Assembly (NCBI GenBank): GCA_963745205.1 | Contig: CAVUWX010000004.1 | Coordinates: 125,339-189,338 of the forward strand | Source: an uncultured Alphaproteobacteria bacterium | GTDB lineage: Bacteria; Pseudomonadota; Alphaproteobacteria; Rhizobiales; Hyphomicrobiaceae | Length of the DNA: 64,000 nucleotides | Direction: 5' to 3' | Shown: positions 37,088-45,503 of the stretch, one piece after another | Position numbering within the stretch: the first letter of the stretch is position 1 | Layout: each line of letters starts with the position of its first letter | Made by a program: the position numbers and the translations under genes | The notes under the pieces: generated by a model | Told to the model about the DNA's origin: nothing | Database searches by the model: none | The model's input: the letters and a program-made list of their open reading frames with translations, nothing else

Positions 37088-38028
37088 CGGTCGGCCAAGG
37101 CCGTATCGGTGATGGCCAGCGCCTCCTCCCCCTGCCGATAGGTGACGCTGCGGATGCCGAGCAGGCTGCGCAGCTTCTCGGCCGGCACCAGCATCGGGCC
37201 CGGAGAGGGGGCCGTGCCGGGCGCCGGCTGCGGAAACGCGGTCGAGCGCGCGGTGTGGAAGGTGACGTTGCCTTCCACCTTCTGCATGAGCTGATGGATG
37301 TGCCCGTTGAGCACGGTAACGGAACCGAAACGCTTCAAGTAGCCGAGCGCGACCGCGGCATCGTCCGTGCCCCAACCCCAGCTCGGATAGACGGACCAGA
37401 GCGGGATGTGGGCGAAGACCACGATCGGAGTCGAGGCGCTTAAATCCTTGACGTCGTCCTCCAACCACTCGAGCTGATCGGGGCCGAGAGATCCCAAGCC
37501 GCCGGCTTTCAAATTGGCGACGTTGACAAGCCCGATGAAGTGCACGCCGTGGTCATCGAAGCTGTACCAGCCTGAGCCTTTGGTGTTCTTTCCGTAGCGT
37601 TCGAGGTACGCCTTGCCCGTGCCCTCATCGACGATGTCGTGCTCGCCCGGCACGTAGTGCACTGCCACGCCGGCGCTACCGATGAGCTCGGCCGCGTTGT
37701 CGAACTCGGTCGCCTTCGACAGATGCGTGATGTCCCCGGTGTGGAGCATGAACGCCGGCTTCTGCGGCATTGCCTTGACGCGGTCGATCGCCTCTTTCAG
37801 CGTATCGAGCGCGTGTGGATTGGCGGGCTTGTCGAAGCCCACATGGCTGTCGGAGATCTGCAGGAACGTGAATCCCGAGGTGGTGGCCGCCGCTGCGCCA
37901 TCGAGCAGGCCGAGCGACTTAGGCACGCCGCCGCTCAACCCCCAGAGCACGCCGGTGCCCGCCCACAGCATGCATTCGAACGCATGGCGGCGGCTGACGC
38001 CGTCTTCGTCGTGAGTGTCGTGGCTCAT
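37084..38028 (-). CDS. Exported metallophosphoesterase (calcineurin-like)
   Basis: SRRHAFEC Tat-like start; QISDSH, HTGDITH, PGEHD, AHIP, NGHIH. Confidence 0.92.
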   Translation of the reverse strand: MSHDTHDEDGVSRRHAFECMLWAGTGVLWGLSGGVPKSLGLLDGAAAATTSGFTFLQISDSHVGFDKPANPHALDTLKEAIDRVKAMPQKPAFMLHTGDITHLSKATEFDNAAELIGSAGVAVHYVPGEHDIVDEGTGKAYLERYGKNTKGSGWYSFDDHGVHFIGLVNVANLKAGGLGSLGPDQLEWLEDDVKDLSASTPIVVFAHIPLWSVYPSWGWGTDDAAVALGYLKRFGSVTVLNGHIHQLMQKVEGNVTFHTARSTAFPQPAPGTAPSPGPMLVPAEKLRSLLGIRSVTYRQGEEALAITDTALADR

Positions 38029-38073
38029 GCTCGGCCCTTTCTGCAACGCCGAAATCCGGCGGTTCGAAAGGGG

Positions 38074-38101
38074 AGACTCGGGCGCGGGGCGATTTATTCC
38101 C
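38074..38101 (-). promoter_or_regulatory. Candidate ECF promoter for the phosphoesterase-cupredoxin-sigma operon
   Basis: Minus strand GGGAAT-N16-GAGTCT about 45 nt before the first gene; ECF-like -35/-10 layout. Confidence 0.4.
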
Positions 38102-38143
38102 GAGCCCGGTGCAATAGGGCGCGCCCGGCAAGCCTGCGCTTGC

Positions 38144-39286
38144 CTACTTCTTGGTGCCTTCGGCCGCCTGCGCGGGGAGCCCGAGCTTACCTTCGAGCGC
38201 CGTGATCTCTTCGCGCAGCTTCTTCTGCTCTTGGCCGCGGCGCACCATCTGCATCTGGATCTTGCCGATTTCCATGGAGAGATTGTTGCGCGAGGTCGTG
38301 CTCTCGGCGCCTCCCTCATCGTACTGCTTGTCGAAGATCTTCTGTTGATCGGCTTGGTTTTCCTCTTCCAGCTGGCGCAGCCGCTCGCGCGCTTGCGCGA
38401 GCGCGACAATGTTGCCGGTCTCCTCGGGGCTGCGGGGAGCGGTGACCGCAGCCGCCGGTGCCAGTGCCTCGCCCGGGGTGGCCGAGCGCTGCGCCGCCGT
38501 CGGCTGGAAGTAGAACTCGCCCGTCAGCGCCGAGTGGTCCCACGGCACCTGCTTGCCGCCCGTCGCCGCGAGCACGTCCTTCCGCACCTCGATCATGACC
38601 GAGGTGAGGTCGCGGCCCGGCTCCTTGACATGCTTTGCCAGCGCCGCGGTGAAGGGTGAGTTCTTGCCCTTGCCGTCGAGCGCCACATTCCCGGGCTGCG
38701 TCGAATAGGCGATGAAGGTGCCGACCCCGGTGTCGACCTGCGCCAGCCCCTTGCCGATGCTCGTCGAGCGCGTGCCCATGGAGCGGGCGAGATTTTGCGA
38801 GAACGGGTTGTCGCGGCAGGCGTCGAGGAACACGATGTTGGTCTTGTCCGCGCGCCCGAGCTCCATCTGCTTTAAAATGAAGTCGAGGTTCTCGGCGTCG
38901 AAATCGAGATCGCGCTCGCCCTGCAGGTGGGCGTCGACGGGAATGAGGTAGTTGCGCCCCGCCACCTGCAGCCCGTGCCCGGCATAAAAGAAGATGGCGA
39001 CGTCGGCGCTCTCCAGGAGGCCAGCGAAATCGCGCACCTTGTTGTCGAAGCCGCGTTTGTCGACGTCGACGCCTAGGATGACGTCGAAGCCGGAGCTTTT
39101 CAGCGCCGAGGCTATGGCGTTGGCGTCGTTCACCGGATTGGCGAGCTGGCCTACCTCCTTATAGTTCGAGTTGCCGACGACGAGCGCGACGCGCTTTTCG
39201 GCGTGTGCGGGAAGCGCGAGGAGGAGGGAGGCGGCGAGGGTGGCGAGGAGGGCGGCGAGTGGGACGCGGACGATGACGCAATACAT
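38144..39286 (-). CDS. Exported caspase-like (peptidase C14) protein with C-terminal coiled coil
   Basis: KRVALVVGNSNY, LANPVNDA, FFYAGHG (His), FLDACRDNP (Cys), AYSTQPG, QVPWDHS. Confidence 0.92.
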   Translation of the reverse strand: MYCVIVRVPLAALLATLAASLLLALPAHAEKRVALVVGNSNYKEVGQLANPVNDANAIASALKSSGFDVILGVDVDKRGFDNKVRDFAGLLESADVAIFFYAGHGLQVAGRNYLIPVDAHLQGERDLDFDAENLDFILKQMELGRADKTNIVFLDACRDNPFSQNLARSMGTRSTSIGKGLAQVDTGVGTFIAYSTQPGNVALDGKGKNSPFTAALAKHVKEPGRDLTSVMIEVRKDVLAATGGKQVPWDHSALTGEFYFQPTAAQRSATPGEALAPAAAVTAPRSPEETGNIVALAQARERLRQLEEENQADQQKIFDKQYDEGGAESTTSRNNLSMEIGKIQMQMVRRGQEQKKLREEITALEGKLGLPAQAAEGTKK

Positions 39287-39399
39287 GGGGCTACCGGAGC
39301 TGGTGGACGGACTGGCGAGCCAGCATTCACCAGACAAGCTTGGCGGCTTTGCGGCTGGGGCCCGATCGCCGCCCGCTCAGGTGCTTTTTGGCGGGCAAT

Positions 39400-39424
39400 G
39401 GAACTTCAGCGACCGGCGACTGTT
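39400..39424 (+). promoter_or_regulatory. Possible EcfG-type promoter upstream of the cytochrome P460 gene
   Basis: GGAAC-N16-TGTT, one mismatch to GGAAC-N16/17-CGTT. Confidence 0.35.
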
Positions 39425-39467
39425 GTCGCTGCGGCAAGGAAGGATTTCACCGTTGGGGAGACTAATT

Positions 39468-40055
39468 ATGTCGAGCATTTCGACGGTCTGCAGGCTGTTC
39501 AGCAAAAACGCCCCGGCTATCGCGATCATTGCCGTATTGCTCGCTGTTTTGGGCAACATCGTCCTTGCGGCGCAGGACAAATACACTGTGCAAGTACCGG
39601 GTGGGCTCTCGTTCTCCGAGTTCAAAGGGTACGAGGACTGGCAGTCTGTCTCCGTCAGTAAGACCGATCACGCGTTCGCTTTGATCCTCGCCAATCCTAC
39701 GATGATCGACGCCTATCGGGCCGGCATTCCCGACAACGGCAAGCCTTTTCCCGACGGCTCCAAGATGGCGAAGATCCATTGGAAGCCGGAAAAGAGTGCG
39801 GAGGCGCCCGATCCGACGACGGCGGTGCCGGGCACCTTGCTAAACGTTGACTTCATGGAGAGGGATAGCAAGAGGTTCGCGGACAGCGGCGGATGGGGAT
39901 GGGCCGCGTTTAACTATGACGCTGCGTCCGACACCTTTACGCCCGCCACTGAAGCCGACCAGCCGCCGCAGGCGAACGACGCCAAGTGCGGGTTCGCGTG
40001 CCATACGATAGTGCAGGCAAAGGACTACGTTTTCACGGCGTACCCGAAGCGGTGA
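39468..40055 (+). CDS. Cytochrome P460-family c-type cytochrome
   Basis: Signal peptide; FPDGSKMAKIHW, MERDSKRF...GGWGWAAF, C-terminal heme motif CGFACH. Confidence 0.85.
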   Translation: MSSISTVCRLFSKNAPAIAIIAVLLAVLGNIVLAAQDKYTVQVPGGLSFSEFKGYEDWQSVSVSKTDHAFALILANPTMIDAYRAGIPDNGKPFPDGSKMAKIHWKPEKSAEAPDPTTAVPGTLLNVDFMERDSKRFADSGGWGWAAFNYDAASDTFTPATEADQPPQANDAKCGFACHTIVQAKDYVFTAYPKR

Positions 40056-40222
40056 ACGGGAATGGGTGAGGTCGTGGACTTAACGGCCCTGATCAGCGAA
40101 GCCGGAGTCGATAGTCATCCTAAAGACAGCCAAGGTGCTTGGGCTTGAGCGGCAGCTGCGTGGCGTGAACCGCTCCCCGCGCTTTCGCGCTACTCTCGAG
40201 CGCCCGCCCCACAGGAGCCCCC

Positions 40223-40813
40223 ATGAAACTCTATTACTTCCCCGGCGCCTGCAGCCTCGCCGGCCACATCGCGCTTCTCGAGGCCGACATGAAGTTCGAC
40301 CTCGTCAAGGTCGACCTCAAGGGGCACAAGCTGGAGGATGGCCGCTCCTTCCGCGACATCAATCCCAAGGGCTACGTGCCGGCGCTCGAGCTCGACGACG
40401 GCGAGCTGCTGACCGAGACCGTCGCCATCCTGGCCCTCATCGCCGACCGCTATCCCGCGCTGATGGCGCCCGGCCAATACGGGCGCTACCGGCTGCTGGA
40501 GATGCTCGCCTACATCGCGACCGAGATCCACAAAACCTTTCATCCGCTGTTCGACCCCAAGGCCAGCGAGGCCGAAAAGAAGAAGGCGGCCGATGGCGTC
40601 GCCAAAAAGCTCGACTTCGTGGCTACCAAGCTCAAGGGCCCGTACCTGTTCGGGGCCAACGCTACCGTCGCCGACTTCTACCTGTTCGTGATGCTGCTGT
40701 GGGCGGCGAAGAACAAGATCGCCATTCCGGAGCCGCTGAAAGCCCTCAGCCAGCACATAAAGACGCGGCCGACCGTGCAGGTGGCGCTGCGGCGCGAGGG
40801 TCTGATCGCCTAG
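40223..40813 (+). CDS. gstA: Glutathione S-transferase (beta class, GstA-like)
   Basis: MKLYYFPGACSLAGHIAL, INPKGYVPAL, LTETVAIL, TEIHKTF, TVADFYLF. Confidence 0.9.
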   Translation: MKLYYFPGACSLAGHIALLEADMKFDLVKVDLKGHKLEDGRSFRDINPKGYVPALELDDGELLTETVAILALIADRYPALMAPGQYGRYRLLEMLAYIATEIHKTFHPLFDPKASEAEKKKAADGVAKKLDFVATKLKGPYLFGANATVADFYLFVMLLWAAKNKIAIPEPLKALSQHIKTRPTVQVALRREGLIA

Positions 40814-40891
40814 GCGGCGCGCGCTCAAAACTTCTCCCCGCCCTCCTCTGCTCCCCTACACTCCCCCCATCCCGCCCCACACCATGGGGAC

Positions 40892-41089
40892 GAGCTCGAG
40901 ACCGTCTCAAGTTTCGGGGGTGGGCTGCGGCAGAGTAGTAGCCGGCGTCACGAGGGTAACGACCGAAGGGCGTCGGTGAATTCTTCCATGCGCGGGACCC
41001 GGTTCCGCCGGTAGGAGACTAAGGTCCTCCGACTCCGCATGGATGGCAAAACAGGCCGCTCGCGGGGCGCGCAAGCGTCGAGCAAATAG
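40892..41089 (+). mobile_element. Probable IS110-family non-coding end (bridge-RNA-like) with a 16-codon recombinase stub; no transposase
   Basis: 5' stem-loop at 40892-40914, a middle structured domain, and a third stem TCCATGCG (40985-40992) / CGCATGGA (41036-41043) that hides the ATG of MDGKTGRSRGAQASSK*. The GCCGGCGTCACGAGGG and GGTAGGAG...CATG blocks match my recollection of regions upstream of alphaproteobacterial IS110 recombinases (unverified). Confidence 0.5.
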
Positions 41090-41166
41090 AATAGATGCGG
41101 TGCGTGCGCGCCCCGTCTCCCCATTTCTCATACCCTCGGGGTCGCTCCCGCGAGGCGCTTCCACAT

Positions 41167-41311
41167 GTCATCCCGGCCAAGGGAGCGGAGCGACCGCAGA
41201 GCCGGGACCTAGCACGAGAATTGTCGGAGACACTGAAGTGAATAAGGTGCTGCGCAGAGTCACTCCTGGGTCCCGGATAGCCTCCGCTAACGCGTCGGCT
41301 TCCGGGATGAC
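41167..41311. repeat. Composite REP/RIME-like palindromic element
   Basis: GTCATCCCGGCC...GCCGGGACCTAG and CTGGGTCCCGGA...TCCGGGATGAC form nested inverted repeats of the type dispersed in Rhizobiales intergenic regions; between convergent genes. Confidence 0.7.
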
Positions 41312-41327
41312 AGCCGCGATGCTGCCC

Positions 41328-42245
41328 CTACACCTCGACCGCGCCTTTGCCCTTGGCCTTGTACTCCGGCTCCACGTGGATCACGACCTGCGTGCCCTTG
41401 ATCGAAGCTTCGATCGCGTCTTCCAGCCGGTCGCAGATGTCGTGCGCGGCTTCCACCGTCATGGCACCCGGCACCACGAGGTGGAACTCGATGAACGTCG
41501 TTGGCCCGGCCGTGCGCGTCCTCATGTCGTGGGCTTGCAGGGCGCCGTCGGCGTTCGACTTGATGACCTCGCGGATGCGCGCCTCGATCTCGGGCGAGGC
41601 GGCAGCATCCATGAGCTGGCTCATGGATGCGGTCGCAAGGTTGTAGCCCATGCGCAGGATGTTGAGCGCCACCGCGGCGGCGAGCAGGGGATCGAGGATC
41701 GACCAGCCGGTCAGCGTGGCGAGCACGAGGCCGAGGATCACGCCGACCGAGGTGATGACATCGGAGAAAAGGTGCAGGCCGTCGCCCGACAGCGCCGGCG
41801 AGTTCCAGGCGCGGCCGCGGTTCATGAGCAGCCAGGCCCAGGCGCCGTTGACGGCGGTGGCGAGCCCGTTGACGAGGAGGCCCATGGCGGGCTCGTGCAG
41901 CGGGCGCGGCTCCAAGAGCGCGTTCCAGGCCTCGCGGAAGATCAGAAGCGCGGCGACGATGATGAGCGTGCCCTCGAGCACGGCAGAGAAGTATTCGGCC
42001 TTGTGGTGGCCGAAGGGGTGGTCGCGGTCGGGTGGGTGCGCGCCGACGCGGATCGCGATCAGCGCGGCGATGGCGGTCAAGAGGTTGACGATGCTTTCGA
42101 GCGCGTCCGAGAAGAGCGCGACGCTCCCAGTCATCAGGAACGCCACGTACTTTATGCCCATGACCGCGAGCGCAACTACGATGCTGGCGGCGGCCACGAG
42201 CTGGTGCTGGCTCTTCGTGAAAGGAATGGAACGTTGCTCGGCCAT
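41328..42245 (-). CDS. Cation diffusion facilitator transporter (FieF-like)
   Basis: SVALFSDALES, HPFGHHKAEY, HLFSD, C-terminal HDMRTR...IEFHLVV...AHDICD...IHVEP. Confidence 0.93.
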   Translation of the reverse strand: MAEQRSIPFTKSQHQLVAAASIVVALAVMGIKYVAFLMTGSVALFSDALESIVNLLTAIAALIAIRVGAHPPDRDHPFGHHKAEYFSAVLEGTLIIVAALLIFREAWNALLEPRPLHEPAMGLLVNGLATAVNGAWAWLLMNRGRAWNSPALSGDGLHLFSDVITSVGVILGLVLATLTGWSILDPLLAAAVALNILRMGYNLATASMSQLMDAAASPEIEARIREVIKSNADGALQAHDMRTRTAGPTTFIEFHLVVPGAMTVEAAHDICDRLEDAIEASIKGTQVVIHVEPEYKAKGKGAVEV

Positions 42246-42452
42246 CGGGCTCTCGAGGTGCAGCGGCGCCGGATCGGCTGTCGGGGTATCAGGTCGCGGG
42301 CGGATCAGGAAGCGGGCAGCGCGCGAGGCGGGTTTTCCACACTCTCGACGGTCGCCCATCTCCCGCAGAAGTCGCGAATTCTGATGGGGAAACGGGCGGA
42401 GGCGCCGCTCTCCACGGCGGGCGCGCGCTCAGCTCGCTGGAGGGCACGCATC

Positions 42453-43277
42453 ATGGCCAACTTCCCCACCCACATTCTCGTCGGCACCATCGTCTCGGGC
42501 AGTCTCGCGACGCTCACCCTTGCCGCCGACGTCATCGCTCCCGAAAACCTCGTGGCCGTGACGCTTGCGGGCTGCGTGGGCTCGGTCCTGCCCGACATCG
42601 ATTTGAAGGACTCGCGCCCGAGCAAGGCTCTCTTTGCGGGGCTTGCGATCTTCTTCTCGTTCGCGCTGCTTTTCCACTTCGCGCAGCACCTGTCGATCCT
42701 CGAGATGTGGGCCATGTGGCTCGGCACGCTGCTGTTCGTGCTCTTTGGGTTGCAGAAGGTGTTTCACAAGTACTCGGTGCACCGAGGCGTATGGCACTCG
42801 ATCACGGCGGCACTCGTCTGCTCGTTTGCGACCGCCATCTTCTTCTACTACGTGCTCGGGCGCCCCGACGGCGTGGCCTGGCTCGCGGCCGGTTTCATGT
42901 TTATCGGCTACCTGACCCACCTCACCCTCGACGAGATCTATTCCGTGGACGTGCTCGGTGCCTACATCAAGAAGTCGTTCGGCACGGCCTTGAAGCTCAT
43001 CGATAACCGCTACAAGATTGCGTCGACCGCGATGCTGGCCGCGGGTGCGGCACTCTTGCTCATCGTGCCGCCCATGAAGACCTTCGTCGACGGGATGTCC
43101 TCGCGCAGCATGTGGGCCGGGCTGCACCAGCGTCTGCTCCCCGACCGCAGATGGTACGACGTCATCATCGAGCGCGGCAGGTTCGCGGCCGTGCCCGTCG
43201 AGGCTCCGCCGGCGACCGGCTCGCTGCCCGCGTCCCCGAACGCGCCGGCAGCAATCCCCGCACAACCGGCGCCGTGA
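42453..43277 (+). CDS. Membrane-bound metal-dependent hydrolase (YdjM-like)
   Basis: MANFPTH, LPDIDL, HRGVWHS, GYLTHLTLDE. Confidence 0.88.
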   Translation: MANFPTHILVGTIVSGSLATLTLAADVIAPENLVAVTLAGCVGSVLPDIDLKDSRPSKALFAGLAIFFSFALLFHFAQHLSILEMWAMWLGTLLFVLFGLQKVFHKYSVHRGVWHSITAALVCSFATAIFFYYVLGRPDGVAWLAAGFMFIGYLTHLTLDEIYSVDVLGAYIKKSFGTALKLIDNRYKIASTAMLAAGAALLLIVPPMKTFVDGMSSRSMWAGLHQRLLPDRRWYDVIIERGRFAAVPVEAPPATGSLPASPNAPAAIPAQPAP

Positions 43278-43322
43278 TAGGTTGAGCGTCGGCGCTTTTC
43301 CGCGAGATAGCGGTTCAGGCGG

Positions 43323-43931
43323 TCATCCGCTGCGGCGGTGCTCGAGCCCGGCGATGTAGGTGGCGACGAGCTCGTCGACGAGCGATGCGCTGGCGTGGCC
43401 CGTGACCGGCGCGAGCTTCTGGGCGGTCGAGAGCGACGTCATCCCGTGCACGCTCGCCCACAGGGTGCGGGCCGCGCGCCGCTTGGCACCGGGATCGGCA
43501 CCGTCGAGCAGCGGAGCTAGCGCTTGCTCGAGCGGCACGAGCAGGCCCTCGAGCTTGGTCTGGTACCAGAGTGGCACGTCCTGCCCGGCCGGCATCCTGT
43601 GCTCGATCAGCAGGTTCCAGAGCTTGGGCCGCTCCTGCGTGAACGCGACGTAAGTTTCCGCGAGCCTGCGCACGCGCTGCGCGGGCGTGCCGGATGCGTC
43701 CGTCTGGGCAAGCCGCTCGGTCAGTTGGTCGAGGAGGCGGGCCTCGATTGTGAGCAAGAGGTCATCGAGGTTCTCGAACACGTTGTAGAGAGTTCCGGGA
43801 GAATAGCCGATGCGCTTGGCTATCTCGCGCGCCGACAGGCCCGCCAGGCCGTCGCGCTCGACGATATCGGTTGCCGCCTGGATGATCAGCTCCCGCAGCT
43901 CATCGGCGGTATGGATCGAGCGTCGGCCCAT
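43323..43931 (-). CDS. TetR/AcrR regulator with WHG C-terminal domain
   Basis: LSAREIAKRIGYSPGTLYNVF HTH; LWASVHG. Confidence 0.92.
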   Translation of the reverse strand: MGRRSIHTADELRELIIQAATDIVERDGLAGLSAREIAKRIGYSPGTLYNVFENLDDLLLTIEARLLDQLTERLAQTDASGTPAQRVRRLAETYVAFTQERPKLWNLLIEHRMPAGQDVPLWYQTKLEGLLVPLEQALAPLLDGADPGAKRRAARTLWASVHGMTSLSTAQKLAPVTGHASASLVDELVATYIAGLEHRRSG

Positions 43932-44092
43932 GTGCGTGCGCACCCCAAGCTAGCTCGTTTGACCACGGACGGTCAGACAATAGGACGAGGACGAACGTGT
44001 GGCAAAGCCATCGCGAATGTTGCCGCGGGGAAAACCGTCTTGGCCAATGCGACGTAACGCGGCGCGGGCTGCGAGGCGGATATTGAATTCGA

Positions 44093-44716
44093 TCAGCAAC
44101 TCAGGGAGCTGCAATTGTCGCCCTTGACGTAGTCCACGCAGCTGTTGCGCGGGCTATGGTAGGACTTGTCCGCCCAGTTGACGTTGCCCGACAGTCCAGG
44201 AATTACGTTGGTGAAAAGCGGTTTGAAGAGGAAGCTCGATTCAACCACGATCGTGCTACCGCCCTTGGCAAGCATGCCCGACGGCAGAGCATAGGTTGAG
44301 CACTTCGAGGGCACGGTCTTGCCGTTGTAGGAATACGACCAGACAACGCGCGTGTCGGCGGCGTTGGTAGGCGAGGCCTGGACCGAAATAATGCCGAGCG
44401 CAAGCGATGAGGAATCGTAGGGCTGCATCAGCTGCTTGACCGACAGCATCATGGCGTCGAGGTTGGTCTTGGCGTCGGATGAGCTGGTGCCAAGGTATGG
44501 CTCGCGGGCAACGAGGTCGCCCGTCGTTTCGGTCGCCATCGTGAACACACGGTCCATGTTGATGGCGCGGCCGAGCTCTATGGTCCCGAGCAGCATCAAG
44601 GTCAGCAGCGGCGCCAGGAACGCGAACTCGACGGCTGCGCTGCCGCGCTTGTCGCGCGCGAGGCGGCGCGGCGAACGTGCGCGTGCCGGATGACGTTGGA
44701 GAGCGCTGATACGCAT
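44093..44716 (-). CDS. TadE/TadG-like pseudopilin
   Basis: RDKRGSAAVEFAFLAP prepilin motif. Confidence 0.88.
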   Translation of the reverse strand: MRISALQRHPARARSPRRLARDKRGSAAVEFAFLAPLLTLMLLGTIELGRAINMDRVFTMATETTGDLVAREPYLGTSSSDAKTNLDAMMLSVKQLMQPYDSSSLALGIISVQASPTNAADTRVVWSYSYNGKTVPSKCSTYALPSGMLAKGGSTIVVESSFLFKPLFTNVIPGLSGNVNWADKSYHSPRNSCVDYVKGDNCSSLSC

Positions 44717-45326
44717 GGCGGAGACTCTGGCAGAGATCGGGATTCGGCTCCGTGCGAAACGCCGTCGCGGCCTGCACAATCGCCGACCCGCTGCCGTCGG
44801 AATTCTTGCCGAGCTTCAGGAAGGAGAAGGTTTGCGCGAGATCCCACTGGTAGCAAAGCGTGACCAGAACGACCTCGCTGGCGCCGCCGGTATACGTCGA
44901 AACCGGGTCGGTCGCCGCGCCCGTCGAGCCGACCATGTTGTTATTGGAGTCGACGCAAGACTGTGGAGCTATACTGCTCCATTGGTCGCCGGACTGGATG
45001 AGGACGCTCAGCTTGTTGCAGTTTATGTAGCTGCCGGCCGCGTTGCAGACGAGGTTCTTGAACTGGCTGACGGTGAGCGCGCCTTTTTGCGCCTGCCCCG
45101 TGCGGATCTGCCGGGCCGCGGCTTCGACGCCGTACTCGAGCGAGCTCATGGTGAAGAAGTAGAGGCCAACGCCCAGCAGCCCGAGCACGAAGAGGAAGAA
45201 TGGCGTCGCGACGATCGCGAACTCCACGGCCGTCGCTCCGCGCTCGTCCTTAGCCCAACTCGGCACCGTCAGGCGCCGCGGAGGCCCAGGTTGCTTCAGG
45301 AGTTGTTTCAGGACTTTGGGGGGCAT
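44256..45326 (-). CDS. TadE-like pseudopilin; homology ends near 44742 and the ORF reads through into the next gene
   Basis: DERGATAVEFAIVATPFF...AAARQIRTGQ...EVVLVTLCYQW...ATAFRTEP; no stop follows, giving a 460-bp overlap with the downstream tadE. Confidence 0.75.
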   Translation of the reverse strand: MPPKVLKQLLKQPGPPRRLTVPSWAKDERGATAVEFAIVATPFFLFVLGLLGVGLYFFTMSSLEYGVEAAARQIRTGQAQKGALTVSQFKNLVCNAAGSYINCNKLSVLIQSGDQWSSIAPQSCVDSNNNMVGSTGAATDPVSTYTGGASEVVLVTLCYQWDLAQTFSFLKLGKNSDGSGSAIVQAATAFRTEPNPDLCQSLRHAYQRSPTSSGTRTFAAPPRARQARQRSRRVRVPGAAADLDAARDHRARPRHQHGPCVHDGDRNDGRPRCPRAIPWHQLIRRQDQPRRHDAVGQAADAALRFLIACARHYFGPGLAYQRRRHARCLVVFLQRQDRALEVLNLCSAVGHACQGR

Positions 45327-45431
45327 ACGCATACGCAACTTGCCACGCCGGCTTCACTCTATTTGCCGGTGTGAACATAGCTTTACGTCTATGAATTATG
45401 CATTGCCCAAGCCGCAATTGAGCAATTTCGG

Positions 45432-45446
45432 TGAACAAACCCTTAA
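45432..45446. promoter_or_regulatory. CtrA-type box upstream of tadE
   Basis: TGAA-CAAACCC-TTAA, followed by ACTTTTAA. Confidence 0.55.
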
Positions 45447-45503
45447 ACTTTTAAGACAATCCGCGGCGCCCGCAAATGTCCCCGGCAAGCCGCATCGGGG
45501 ACA

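Noticed and set aside
40892-41060. Assignment as SRP RNA, 6S, tmRNA, RNase P, group II intron domain V or a known riboswitch
   Set aside because: Signature motifs absent (no TCAGGTCCGGAAGGAAGCAG, no tRNA-like CCA end, no GAGGAAAGTCC, no cobalamin, TPP or glycine cores).
41043-42452. 744-aa ORF 41043-43277 as one large protein or a transposase
   Set aside because: The first ~470 codons are the antisense shadow of the CDF gene plus repeat DNA; only 42453-43277 is a real hydrolase; no DEDD/DDE motif.
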